A stretch of DNA of 64,000 nucleotides from Candidatus Azophilus sp. GTDB lineage: Bacteria > Pseudomonadota > Gammaproteobacteria > Pseudomonadales > Azotimanducaceae. The DNA is taken from contig OZ244921.1 in NCBI GenBank assembly GCA_965221755.1, positions 2,706,334 to 2,770,333 on the forward strand, written 5' to 3'. The position numbers and the translations under genes were made by a program. The number at the start of each line of letters is the position of its first letter. The stretch's first letter is position 1. A model generated the notes under the pieces. That model was given only the letters and a program-made list of their open reading frames with translations. It ran no database searches and had not been told where the DNA came from. Below are positions 1 to 9,420 of this stretch, in pieces.

Positions 1-271
1 CGCCGATCGTGGAGACGTGCTCGACCTCCGCAAGGGCGCTGAAGCCGCTGACCTCCGCGCTGCGGTAGATCAAGCCGGCCCGCAACGTGGACGCCCGGGC
101 TTTGCGGTTGAGCTTGTCGTCGGCGTGCTCGAACCGATAGCGCAGGTTCAGGTCCCAATCGCCCTGGGTCCAACTGGGGGCGTCCGCCGCTTGCACGGGG
201 CTGGTTAAGGCGCCAACCAAGCCGATCAGGCTGATTGCGCAATACGAAGGATATTTGCGTGAGCGTTGCAC
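1..271 (-). CDS. outer-membrane porin-like protein (alginate-export/OprD-like), N-terminal ~90 codons; gene continues beyond window start
   Basis: Not in ORF track (no stop inside window). Own translation from GTG 271-269 (GGGAG 5 nt upstream): VQRSRKYPSYCAISLIGLVGALTSPVQAADAPSWTQGDWDLNLRYRFEHADDKLNRKARASTLRAGLIYRSAEVSGFSALAEVEHVSTIG. This is a signal peptide followed by an amphipathic beta-strand pattern typical of porins. Confidence 0.4.
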   Translation of the reverse strand, partial: MQRSRKYPSYCAISLIGLVGALTSPVQAADAPSWTQGDWDLNLRYRFEHADDKLNRKARASTLRAGLIYRSAEVSGFSALAEVEHVSTIG

Positions 272-599
272 GTTGACTCCCTGCCTTGTGCCGTCGGCGT
301 TGCGGACAAAGCCTTCGGCGGTGGCTGCGGCGTTCGCCTTGGCCACGGGTTGCGTTGATTAAATGCAATCAATTGTACAACTTCCGCCATTGATGTGTTG
401 AGCGCGCCGCACCAGCGCCAAGTTTGCGGCAATTCGGCGCTCTCGGCGGAATGCGGCACAATGCCGCGCTCCAGACCGGCTCAGGATGGACGCACCCCGC
501 AACGACCCCGCCCATCATCTGCGGTTGGTTCATCGCATCCCTGCCGCTGCCGCTCAACAAGGCCCAATCTGCGCCTTGCTTGGGCTGGTGTCAAGGCGA

Positions 600-800
600 A
601 CCTTGGCCCTGGCCAAGGTTCGTTGGAGTTTCGCCGCGCGAAACTCCGCTGCCGTTGATTGGGCCGGGCTCCGAAAGTTCATGAGCCCGCACGGGCGCAT
701 CCGCTTGGCGGGTGCGTTGGAGTTTGGCCGGCGCACAACCCTGCGCCTGTTGCGCGGGACTGGTTCCGATGCGTTTCTTGAGCTTGCGCAGGCGCGCGAA
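600..800 (+). repeat. REP/MITE-like element family A, two tandem degenerate copies
   Basis: Hairpin GGAGTTTCGCcgcgcGCGAAACTCC at 625-647 followed by ...GTTCATGAGC. A second degenerate copy lies at ~715-800 (TTGGAGTTTGGCC...GCGTTTCTTGAGC). Same architecture as the copies at 26850, 30768, 47258, 50345 and 56385. Confidence 0.7.
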
Positions 801-807
801 CCCATTC

Positions 808-2850
808 CTAGGCGACGCGCCGAGGCTTCGCGTCAAACAGCGCTGCGAGCTGCTCGGTCATCGCGCCGCCGAGCTGCTCGGCGTCGGTGATGGTGACCGC
901 CCGGCGGTAGTGGTGGGTGACGTCGTGGCCGATGCCGATGGCGATGAGCTGCACCGGGGACTTGGACTCGATCATGTCGATGGCGTACTTCAGGTGCTGC
1001 TCAAGGTAGTTGCTGGGGTTCACCAGCAGGGTGGAGTTGTCCACCGGCAGGCCATCGGAGATGACCATCAGCACCTTGCGCTCCTCAGGGCGCACGACCA
1101 GGCGGTTGTGCGCCCAGATGAGCGCCTCGCCGTCGATGTTCTCCTTGAGCAGCTCCTCGCGCATCATCAGGCCGAGGTTGCGGCGCGAGCGGCGCCAGGT
1201 GTCGTCAGCGGCCTTGTAGATGATGTGGCGCAGGTCGTTGAGCCGTCCAGGGCTCGACGGCTTGTCGGCGGCAATCCACTTCTCCCGGGACTGGCCGCCG
1301 CGCCAGGCGCGGGTGGTGAAGCCGAGAATCTCCACCCGCACCGAGCAGCGCTCCAAGGTGCGGCCCAGAATGTCGGCGCACATCGCAGCGATGGTGATCG
1401 AGCGTCCGCGCATGGAGCCGGAGCTGTCGATCAGCAGCGTCACCACGGTGTCGCGGAAGTCCATCTCCTTCTCCTGCTTGTAGGCCAGGGGGTTCATCGG
1501 ATCCACCACCACCTGCGCCAGGCGGGAGGCGTCGAGGATGCCTTCCTCGAGATCGAACTCCCAAGTGCGGTTCTGGCGGGCGAGCAGGCGCCGCTGCAGG
1601 CGGTTGGCGAGCTTGGCGGTGGCGTGCTGCAGGCTCACCAACTGTTGGTCGAGCACGGCCCGCAAGCGGATCAGCTCCTCGTCGGGGCACAGTTCCTCGG
1701 CGGCGGCGACCTCGTCGAACTCGTCGGTGAAGGCTTGGTAATCGACATCGACGCGGATGCGCCCGGCTTCGTCGGGGGCCGGGGCTTCGTCGGGGTCGGC
1801 TTGGGCGCCGAGTTCATCCATGTCGAGGTCGGCGTCCATCTCCATCAGGGCGGCCTCGCCCTCGGCGGACTCGTCGGTCAGGCCTTCATCGTCGAGAACC
1901 ACGTCCTCGGGGCTTAGCTCCGAATCGCTTTCGGTCTCTTCGTCGATCGTCTCGGCATCTTCCTGATTGCGGTTTTCGTCCGGCGGATCGTCGAATTCGG
2001 CGACCAGCCCCAAGTCGGCGATGATGTCGCGGCAGGCCGAGGCGAAGTCCCGCTGGTTGAGCAGGCAGCCGCGCAGCGCCTCGATGTCGGCCCCGGCTTG
2101 CTCCCGGACGTGGTCACGCCAAAAGCGGACCACGTTTTCGGCGGCGGGCGGCAGGTCGCGGCCGGTGAGCGCCTGGCGCACCAGCAGCCCGACCGCTACC
2201 GGCAGTGGCGCTTCGGACACATCGACAATGGCGTCGAACGCCGCTTGTTGGCACTGCGCCTCCAGCGAGGCGTCCAGGTTGGCGGCCACCCCCGCCATGC
2301 GCAGGGCGCCGATGGAGGCGATGCGGGCGTCCTCGATCCACCGAAACATCTCTTGGGCGGGACCGCCCTTGGGCGCGTAGCGGGCGTGAACGGCGTCGTC
2401 ATGGTGCCTGAGCCGCAGCGCCAACTCATCGCCCATGCCGCGCACCGCATTGATTTCGCCTTCATCGCAGCCGAGCGTGGGCAAGGGCACCCGCAGCCGA
2501 TTGCCGCGGGCGGTGGGGGTGCCTTGGCCGAAGGAGACTTCGAGCTCATCGTCCTCGGCCAGCGCCCGCATGGTGGCGGTGGTGGCGCGCTTGAACGGCT
2601 CTAGCGGTTGGCTTTCCTCGGCAGGCTGAACCCTTGCGCTTCCCGGCCGGGGCTTTTCCCCTGTGGGGGGCAGGCCCCCCGCGCTCCCCGGCTGAGGCTT
2701 TTTTCCCGCGAGGGGCAGGCCCCCCGCGCTCCCCGGCTGAGGCTTTTTTCCCGCGAGGGGCAGGCCCCCCGCGCTCCCCGGCCGGGGCTTTTTTCCTGCG
2801 AGGGGCAGGCCCCTCGCGCTCCCCGGCTGAGGGCTCTCCCCGCTGCTCAT
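808..2850 (-). CDS. cobT: aerobic cobaltochelatase subunit CobT (VWA domain) with repeat-encoded N-terminal extension
   Basis: 680-aa ORF. From about residue 85 it reads like a CobT N-terminus ([27 protein letters not shown]). The C-terminal VWA/MIDAS block is [12 protein letters not shown]. The ATG overlaps the cobS stop (ATGA at 2847-2850). Confidence 0.8.
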   Translation of the reverse strand: MSSGESPQPGSARGLPLAGKKPRPGSAGGLPLAGKKPQPGSAGGLPLAGKKPQPGSAGGLPPTGEKPRPGSARVQPAEESQPLEPFKRATTATMRALAEDDELEVSFGQGTPTARGNRLRVPLPTLGCDEGEINAVRGMGDELALRLRHHDDAVHARYAPKGGPAQEMFRWIEDARIASIGALRMAGVAANLDASLEAQCQQAAFDAIVDVSEAPLPVAVGLLVRQALTGRDLPPAAENVVRFWRDHVREQAGADIEALRGCLLNQRDFASACRDIIADLGLVAEFDDPPDENRNQEDAETIDEETESDSELSPEDVVLDDEGLTDESAEGEAALMEMDADLDMDELGAQADPDEAPAPDEAGRIRVDVDYQAFTDEFDEVAAAEELCPDEELIRLRAVLDQQLVSLQHATAKLANRLQRRLLARQNRTWEFDLEEGILDASRLAQVVVDPMNPLAYKQEKEMDFRDTVVTLLIDSSGSMRGRSITIAAMCADILGRTLERCSVRVEILGFTTRAWRGGQSREKWIAADKPSSPGRLNDLRHIIYKAADDTWRRSRRNLGLMMREELLKENIDGEALIWAHNRLVVRPEERKVLMVISDGLPVDNSTLLVNPSNYLEQHLKYAIDMIESKSPVQLIAIGIGHDVTHHYRRAVTITDAEQLGGAMTEQLAALFDAKPRRVA
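2625..2845. repeat. 45-bp tandem repeat, ~4.5 copies, in frame at the 5' end of cobT
   Basis: Unit GGGGCAGGCCCCCCGCGCTCCCCGGCTGAGGCTTTTTTCCCGCGA at 2667, 2712 and 2757, with partial or diverged copies on both sides. It encodes ([15 protein letters not shown])n. Confidence 0.9.
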
Positions 2851-3839
2851 GTGCCGTGCAGCCTGATCCCGGCGGTGGCGTCGCCGAGGTCCGTGCCGAG
2901 GCAGCGCTGGTAGTACTCGGCGACGATGGGCCGCTCCAGCTCATCGCACTTGTTCAGGAAGGTGACCCGGAAGGCGAAGCCCATGTCGCCGAAGATCTCC
3001 GCGTTCTGCGCCCATGTCAGCACCGTGCGCGGCGACATCACCACCGACACGTCGCCGTTGACGAAGCCGCGCCGGGTCAGGTCCGCCACCGCCACCATGT
3101 TGGAGACGGTGCGGCGTCCGGCGTCCGTGGCGGCGTAGGACTTGGCCTTGCCGAGGATGATTTGCGTTTCCGCCTCGTGCTCCAAGTAGTTCAGCGTGGT
3201 GACGATGCTCCAGCGGTCCATCTGCCCTTGGTTGATCTGTTGGGTGCCGTGGTAGAGGCCCGTGGCGTCGCCGAGGCCGACGGTGTTGGTGGTGGAGAAC
3301 AGCCGAAAGCAGGGGTGCGGGGCGAGCACCTTGTTCTGGTCGAGCAGGGTCAGCTTGCCCTCGACCTCCAGCACCCGCTGAATGACGAACATCACGTCCG
3401 GCCTTCCGGCATCGTACTCGTCGAAGCAAAGCGCCACCGGATGCTGCAGCGCCCAAGGCAGGATGCCCTCCTTGAACTGCGTGACCTGTTGGCCGTTCTC
3501 GACGACGATGGCGTCCTTGCCCACCAAGTCGATGCGGCTGATGTGGCTGTCCAGATTGACGCGGATGCAGGGCCAGTTCAGGCGCGCCGCCACTTGCTCC
3601 ACATGGGTGGACTTGCCGGTGCCGTGGTAGCCTTGGATCATCACCCGCCGGTTGTGGGTGAAGCCGGCCAGTATGGCCAGCGTGGTGTCGCCATCGAACA
3701 GGTAGTCGTCATCAACGGCGGGCACGTAGTCCGTGCGCCGGGAGAACGCCGGAACGTCCAAGTCCTGATCGATGCCGAACGCCTCGCGAGCGTTGACGGT
3801 GGTGTCCGGTGCGAGGTCCGGGGGCAGGCCTGACTCCAT
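2847..3839 (-). CDS. cobS: aerobic cobaltochelatase subunit CobS (AAA+ ATPase)
   Basis: [40 protein letters not shown] and the rest of the protein are CobS-like. It is ~330 aa from ATG 3839; the ORF stays open to 3887, so the start is uncertain. Confidence 0.85.
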   Translation of the reverse strand: MESGLPPDLAPDTTVNAREAFGIDQDLDVPAFSRRTDYVPAVDDDYLFDGDTTLAILAGFTHNRRVMIQGYHGTGKSTHVEQVAARLNWPCIRVNLDSHISRIDLVGKDAIVVENGQQVTQFKEGILPWALQHPVALCFDEYDAGRPDVMFVIQRVLEVEGKLTLLDQNKVLAPHPCFRLFSTTNTVGLGDATGLYHGTQQINQGQMDRWSIVTTLNYLEHEAETQIILGKAKSYAATDAGRRTVSNMVAVADLTRRGFVNGDVSVVMSPRTVLTWAQNAEIFGDMGFAFRVTFLNKCDELERPIVAEYYQRCLGTDLGDATAGIRLHGT

Positions 3840-3873
3840 ATCCTTGGTTTCCGCGCTTGAGCAAAACGCGCTA

Positions 3874-3901
3874 TTGTACGGGAGCATTTGTACGGGAGCA
3901 T
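3874..3901. promoter_or_regulatory. perfect 14-bp tandem direct repeat upstream of cobS (contains TACAAT on the cobS strand)
   Basis: TTGTACGGGAGCAT x2 (3874-3887, 3888-3901). On the minus strand it reads ATGCTCCCGTACAA ATGCTCCCGTACAAT, 35-62 nt upstream of ATG 3839. Confidence 0.25.
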
Positions 3902-3959
3902 TCGCTGCGCGGCAGCAAGCCCGGGATTGCCTTCCTGATTCCCTGATAAGCCTCCGCGG

Positions 3960-4120
3960 ACCACCATCTGGCCTCGGCTGTCGGCGATTCCGTCGTTGAG
4001 GGGCGGCTTGGCACTCCGGGAACCCGGATCGGTCGGGTTCCGGCCCGCCGCCACGGGCGGCCGATTGCCGGAGACCGGGATTTTCGGGCGAGCGGGCGAA
4101 CGCCTTCCCGCCGCGGGCGC
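3960..4120 (+). promoter_or_regulatory. candidate cobalamin riboswitch (orphan, no downstream plus-strand gene)
   Basis: The ordered motifs are GGCACUCCGGGAACCCGG (4010-4027), GGGUUCCGGCCCGCCGCCACGGG (4035-4057) and the B12-box-like UUGCCGGAGACCGGGA (4065-4080). They resemble the conserved GGGAA...CCCGCCACUG...GCCAGGAGACCUGCC core only in this orientation. Confidence 0.3.
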
Positions 4121-4189
4121 GGCGTTCGGAAAGCGCGGCGGAAAATGCCTTTCAGGCGGCTGGCGGGGCGCGCGCCTCCAGCGAGACCA

Positions 4190-4400
4190 TCGCCCCGTAG
4201 AGCTAGTCCAGGCAGAAGTTCGTCTTCGCGAAGCCCAAACCCAGCCGGCGAGCCGAACGCACCATCAGCGCCGCCGTGCGCATCACGTGGCGGATCACCG
4301 CCGAGATGCCGTGCCGCCTCGCGCCCTTCGGCAAGGCCGTGCATTGCACCGCCCGCAACAGCACCTGGGCGATCTAGCCCAGGGCGTGGAAGGCCTGCTT
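4190..4400 (-). pseudogene. DDE transposase C-terminal remnant
   Basis: Own translation: GIKQAFHALG*IAQVLLRAVQCTALPKGARRHGISAVIRHVMRTAALMVRSARRLGLGFAKTNFCLD*, with two in-frame stops. The ...aa.lV.SARRl.L.f ending resembles the C-termini of IS1380/PF13701-type transposases. Confidence 0.3.
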
Positions 4401-4496
4401 GATTCCTATTTCTGCTTAGCGGCTGTCTGGAGGTGTGAAAACGACTATTGATATTCTTGAAGGAGCTGCAAGTGGTGTGCAAAAGATATCCACAAT

Positions 4497-5435
4497 TCAA
4501 ATCGGCGTGGGTGTGACGAAGTTTCGGAACTTGCCTTGTGTGATTCGCTGGCTGCGAAATACTTCAACGACTCCCAAAGCAGATAACTTGATTCGGCCTG
4601 GCTGCTCTTTTTGAAGTTGCGAATGCGCAAGCAGTGAGCGGACTTCCGGTAAACGGATGGGTGGAGACCAAATCGGCCAAGTTAGCGACGTCATGCGATT
4701 TCGTTTGCAAAATCCAGTTGTTTTGAGTTCGTGCGAACTAGGCTGTGTTGGAAATAAGGGCAGTGCTTCAATAGCAAGAAGATTTCCACCCCAAATACTT
4801 CCCGAGCTGTTTTTGGTCGGATCTTTAGCTGGATTACCCAAGCGCAGCGCATACCGATTATCATCTATCGGATCCTACCGCATACTGTGGCTCTTCACGG
4901 CATCGTCATACACCCACGTTTCAAATATAGCTTTATCGAGATGATTAAACCGCGTATCCTTCATCAAGGTTCGAATTGTTGCCAGAAAGTGTTGATGTCC
5001 CGCACCGCTCATCGTGCGAAAATCCGTATCGGCGATCTTTCCGGTGGGTTTGCCGTTTGATCTCGATTCGATTGCTTCACTGCCGAAAGCTGCTAAAAAA
5101 TCAATGTTAGCGCGATCCTGCGGTGAGGCTGTATTCAAGCTGTTTATTAATAATTTGCGAAAGTCGCCGATTTTGATTGTAAGATCATCACCGAGTCCAA
5201 AAGCCGCCAGATCAGCGCTAGCTTTTAATTGTTTTTCAAGTATATCAATCAGCATGACGCGATCTATTTCCGTAGTGGAAAACAGCTGCGGTCGCCAGTG
5301 GTCATTCACGGTTTGCCAACTCATTTCCCATTGATTTTCCGGCGCAGCAAGCGTCGCGGTTCTCAGAACGCCGAGAGCGGCGAGATAGCCAAGAGGGTTG
5401 TCGGCGGACAGGCCACGAAGCAATAGACTATTCAT
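4497..5435 (-). pseudogene. type I-U/I-G Cas8u/Csx17-like large-subunit gene with an in-frame TAG
   Basis: N-terminus is MNSLLLRGLSADNPLGYLAALGVLRT. The C-terminal part has LLAIEALPLFP...LTWPIWSPP. ORFs 4875..5435 and 4497..4841 are in the same frame, separated only by TAG 4875-4877 (...SHSMR*DPIDDNRYALRLGNPAKD...). Confidence 0.55.
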
Positions 5436-6587
5436 TCGCCTGCGCTCCAGTCATCGTTCAACTCTTCCCATTCGCTGCGCCGATGGTCTGCCAGTCGAAG
5501 GATCGCTTCCAGCCAAGCCAGGCCCCACCATCCGTAAGCTTCGACCAGCAGCCAGAATCGACGCGCTGTTCCGGCCTTCAAGTGCTCCAGCCGAGTCGGG
5601 CCGGACCACTTCATTTCCTTTCCATTAATCCGATAGCTGACTTCGGGTGCACTGTCGTCAATGACAACAGGCGCGAAGGGGCGGCAGTGCCCATGATGGC
5701 TGGAAACCAGAAACAATGTCAGTTCGCGCAATAGAGGATCATCGGGTAGCAATTCTGGAGCGCTTTCCGCGAGTCGCACGGATAGCAATTCGTGTCGACC
5801 ACCGGCGGGATAGCCCGCTTGGATACATGCCGTCGATCTCGCAGCACCGGTCTTTGGGAGTGAGGCGGACTTTGCCAAAGGCTCCGTCGCCGCCGACAAG
5901 CGACGACCTTCATTGAGCCATGACTGGAAGCGCGAATCGGCTTTGCCCGTATCGTGCAGCAATCCCGCACGAGCCACAGCATCAATAAGATCATCTGGCA
6001 GACCACAACCGAGGGCAAAGCGGCGAGCCCAAGCCTCCACTCCCGGTAGGTGCGTCTGTAAAAGGACAGGTTGGCCCTCCCTGTTGACAGTACCAGAGGA
6101 ATTCAGGTCATCCTCATCGTTAAAGGTTTCCGCTTGTCTTGTGTAATCGCGCATTAGATGTTGTCCGACCAATACGACATCATCTTCCCCGATGCGATGC
6201 AAATTTCGCACGAACCCGCGCCGCTTCGCTTCATTCCGGAGTTGTTTCGCAGTGGCGCGGAGCCATTCAAATTGGCGCTGCTCCCCACAATCCCTCACCA
6301 AGGCTTCAAGCTCTCACCAAGGCTTCAAGCAGGCGGCGCACCAAGTCCAATTGTATATTGGGATCGGAATCTTCAAGCTCCATCTCGACCAGCAATTCCT
6401 TCCCAAGTTCACGGCACTTCCCCGATGGCCACAGGTCGATCAATTGATCATGCAACCGCAACATTGCCTTGGCGCGGCTTTCCAGATAAGCCTGCTGGCT
6501 TATATCCAAATGAGCGGGAAGCATCACAGGAGCATGACGGGCAGGACTATTGAGATACTGAAGTTCGGGTTTGATGGGCGGTTTCAA
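5432..6587 (-). pseudogene. cas3: cas3 C-terminal part (linker + HD nuclease domain), frameshifted by a 19-bp duplication
   Basis: HD motifs LLHDTGKADSRFQ and SSHHGHCRPF. ORFs 6306..6587 and 5432..6301 become one frame if the tandem duplicate at 6294-6331 is removed (...RRLLEALVRDCGEQRQ...). Confidence 0.65.
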
Positions 6588-6655
6588 GTGGGCAATCGCC
6601 CAGTCAATAGCGTAACGCTGCCTCTGTGGTTGAGTATAAGGTAATCGCGTACCGC

Positions 6656-7639
6656 TCAGGCGGTGGCAACTCGGTTGGCGAACACAACGATTGCCGGGTT
6701 CTTCCCGCTATTTCCGGCCTTTGATTCTTCGGCAAGATTTTCAGCCTTTTCGGCAAGCGCCTTGGCAAAATTGCGTATCGCATTTCTGCCTTTCGCTACA
6801 TCCACTTGCTCCACCGAAGCCGGTTTCCGCGCCAACTGACGGCGGCCCAGCAGATGTTCCGGATCCTTGGATTGTGCCGAATCATCCTTGAAAACGGAAT
6901 CCAAGCCCGCAGGCGGTGTCGCTGAGAGAACCACCGGATGAAAACTGCGGCGCAGTGGAATTCTGCTCCAATTGTGACAGCGTTGAATTGCTTGGAGCGT
7001 CTCAAGAAATGGCTGGGCGCAGTGGGCTTCATCGAGCAAAATCAAACTGTCATTGGCTGTCAGTCCGGCAAAAACAGGCCACATGCCCGGCCCGCGCCCA
7101 TAGGTGCGAAACAACAGGCGGGAGCCGATTTGATCAACCGTGGAGGCGATTACGGCGGGTTGAAGCGGACTGCGCGCCCAAGAATCGGAACGGTAGCTTG
7201 CGCCCCGTAAAGTATGGACGGTAAGCGGCTGCTCATCTTGCCAAGATCCGTCCGAATCACCATACGCAATCAAACGCAAAGCGTCGGCCACATCCTTGAG
7301 AATGCCGGTTTTGGCATTCGCCAATTTCCTAGCCAGCCGCTTGGCGCGAGCATAGGCTTCATCAACGATGATGCGCCGATCCACAACAAAGAAGATGCGG
7401 CGAGGTGCTGTTATGGCACACCCATCCGACAGTCTCATGGCTTGAGCCGCCAGCGCGAAAACAGCTACGTCGATACAGGCTGTTTTTCCAGCGGCGGTAG
7501 GCAGCGCTATCGCCTCCGGCCATGGCTGACCTATATTTTCCATAACCCGCTCGGCCAATGCTTGCTGCCATGCGAACGGTCGGAAACTCCAAAGGGCTTG
7601 GAAATAATCGCCGAACCGGACTGCCGCAAGCTCAGCCAT
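6656..7639 (-). pseudogene. cas3: cas3 N-terminal helicase part (RecA1 only)
   Basis: LPTAAGKTACIDV (motif I), LILLDEAHCAQPF (DEAH) and VVLSATPP (motif III). The ORF stops right after VVFANRVATA, where RecA2 should begin. No motif VI is found downstream. Probable start is ATG 7639 (MAELAAVRF). Confidence 0.65.
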
Positions 7640-8156
7640 TGGTTTGCTCGCCCTGGTCCATCGGCAAAAAAAGGCCGTAGCCACGGAATCGTCCGGCACC
7701 AATCATGACCGGGCCAGTCACAGGCTGGTCGAAAACCAGCACAGCGTGGCTATGGTTGCGGATGCCGCCATCGAACTTTCGGGTCATGCGCGGAAACTCA
7801 CGCGCATGCGGGACACCCTCCACAAGCGAAACAGGATGCAGCACAACCTCATTCGGCGCTGGCAGTCCAATGCGTTCGCACGCTTTTTTGATATCTTCGG
7901 CGGCGCGTTGCCAGCGGTCGTTGCCGTCGTAATGGCGATCAAGGACGACGGGTGTCACGCTTGCCCAGGTTTTTGACGGGCGCGTCCAGCGTCCCGGACG
8001 CAAGGCCAGGGATGGTCGCTCGCGTGTTTCCTGCTCAACTTCGCATTCCAACCATTCGCCATCGAACAATCGATGCGTCGCCGTGAGGCTGGCCTCGCCA
8101 TACAGGAACCGGGACAGGCAATCGGCGGCTGCCTGTTCACTCGTCTCGCGGGGCAA
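7632..8156 (-). pseudogene. type I-U Csb2 (Cas5/6u) C-terminal fragment
   Basis: WASVTPVVLDRH...HAVLVFDQPVTGPVMIGAGRFRGYGLFLPMD is the characteristic Csb2 C-terminus. Only ~174 codons remain, and tRNA-Arg lies 94 nt upstream, leaving no room for the N-terminal ~300 aa. Confidence 0.55.
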
Positions 8157-8249
8157 TGCCAGCGCGATACCAAGGATTCGCCCGTCGGCGTGCTGCGAAC
8201 CGATTCCGGCCCGCGTTAGCCCACATTAATCTCGATCCCGGCACGATCT

Positions 8250-8326
8250 TGGTACGCCCGGAAGGGCTCGAACCTTCAACCCTCTGCTTAGAAGGCAGAT
8301 GCTCTATCCCGTTGAGCTACGGGCGC
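8250..8326 (-). tRNA. tRNA-Arg (anticodon TCT)
   Basis: Reverse complement: GCGCCCGTAGCTCAACGGGATAGAGCATCTGCCTTCTAAGCAGAGGGTTGAAGGTTCGAGCCCTTCCGGGCGTACCA. It folds as a cloverleaf with anticodon loop CTTCTAA, T-loop TTCGAGC and an encoded CCA. Confidence 0.93.
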
Positions 8327-8436
8327 CGTGACGACCAATCAAAGCAATAACAGACAAAGGGCTGCAAACCAACCCTGGGCGCAGGCCTCCGGCCCACCGC
8401 CAACCGGCCCGGCTTGGGAGGCCGGCCCACCGCATC

Positions 8437-8513
<77 letters not shown>

Positions 8514-8587
8514 GCTCAAACACCACCCCGCCGATGGCGCGCGGATGATACTGAGGGCTATCTAGAGCGTCAAATCCAAGTCTTGTC

Positions 8588-8679
8588 GGGTAGTGGCTCA
8601 GTTTCAATTTTCGCTGCCGCAGAGACCGCGCCCGCGTTGGGCTGCGGTAATGAAGCGTTGCCAAATTGAGCCACTACCC
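8588..8679. other. long nested hairpin (13-bp perfect outer stem) between tRNA-Pro and the Calx-beta gene
   Basis: GGGTAGTGGCTCA (8588-8600) pairs with TGAGCCACTACCC (8667-8679). AATTT/AAATT extends the stem. There is an inner stem CCGCAG/CTGCGG. Confidence 0.5.
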
Positions 8680-8796
8680 ACTATTGCAAAATCTTATCGG
8701 ATACAGGATAGTCGGGTTATCGCACCCGAATCGTATGCGGGTTCTACCTTGGCGACCATGGTGCGAAGCAGACGCACCACGGAGGGAGCACGAGAC

Positions 8797-9420
8797 ATGA
8801 TTAGGTATTCAGCCAACGGAAGCGCCAGTTCAGCCTCCCGGTTCCTGCGGGGCGGGGCGCTGGCATGCCTCGCTACCCTGATGCTGGCGGCGCTGGCCCA
8901 GCCAGCGGCGGCGAATAGGATGGTGGAGGGTGTGACGGCGGAGCTTAGGGTGGCGGATGTTCAATGCAGGGAAGGCGAAGATGCCCCCTTTGTGCTCATC
9001 CTCTCACGCCCTCTCCCCTTCGACATCTTCTATAGGTACCGTACCGAAGACCTCTCCGCCAAGGCGGGAAAAGACTATGTGGCGGAAAACGGAGATATTG
9101 TGATTCCCGCAGGAACGCAGTATATGCCGCTTGGCATCAAGACTCTCAAAGATGATGTCATCGACCGAAACAGGTTCATGTTAGTGCTGAGTGACCCTCA
9201 TACAAAGGGCTACGGAATGGTCTGGGGCGAGTACGTGTGGACCGATTGGTGGCGCGTCGAGGGCCTCCCCCTGTCGCTGACGGCGACCGCCGACATCGCC
9301 AACGCTCTGGACGGGTCTATGCAGCGGAACAATCCTCAACACAACAAATACACGCGAGACAGTTCGAGGAGAGGCGGCGGGCGCGACCAGCGCGGCGGTC
9401 GCCAAAATCGCGGCGGATGA
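8797..9420 (+). CDS. secreted Calx-beta domain protein
   Basis: GGAGG is followed by ATG 8797. The signal peptide is MIRYSANGS...LATLMLAALAQPAAA. The Calx-beta-like core is EGEDAPFVLILSRPLPFDIFYRYRTEDLSAKAGKDYVAENGDIVIPAGTQYMPLGIKTLKDD. The track ORF starts further upstream at 8593. Confidence 0.65.
   Translation: MIRYSANGSASSASRFLRGGALACLATLMLAALAQPAAANRMVEGVTAELRVADVQCREGEDAPFVLILSRPLPFDIFYRYRTEDLSAKAGKDYVAENGDIVIPAGTQYMPLGIKTLKDDVIDRNRFMLVLSDPHTKGYGMVWGEYVWTDWWRVEGLPLSLTATADIANALDGSMQRNNPQHNKYTRDSSRRGGGRDQRGGRQNRGG

Noticed and set aside
712-3833. Plus-strand ORFs 712..1917 (401 aa) and 2634..3833 (399 aa) opposite cobT/cobS
   Set aside because: They are antisense to clear CobT/CobS sequences and have Gly/Val/His/Ala-rich low-complexity composition.
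3871-4500. 209-aa minus-strand ORF and 3996..4451 plus-strand ORF between cobS and the cas remnants
   Set aside because: These are Arg/Gly/Pro/Ala-rich with no motifs. They overlap the putative riboswitch-like region and the transposase remnant, which is in a different frame with stops.
4400-4875. Looked for a CRISPR array flanking the cas remnants (also 8157-8249)
   Set aside because: No regularly spaced direct repeats of 24-40 nt are visible. The 4497-4841 stretch is instead the C-terminal part of the csx17-like pseudogene.
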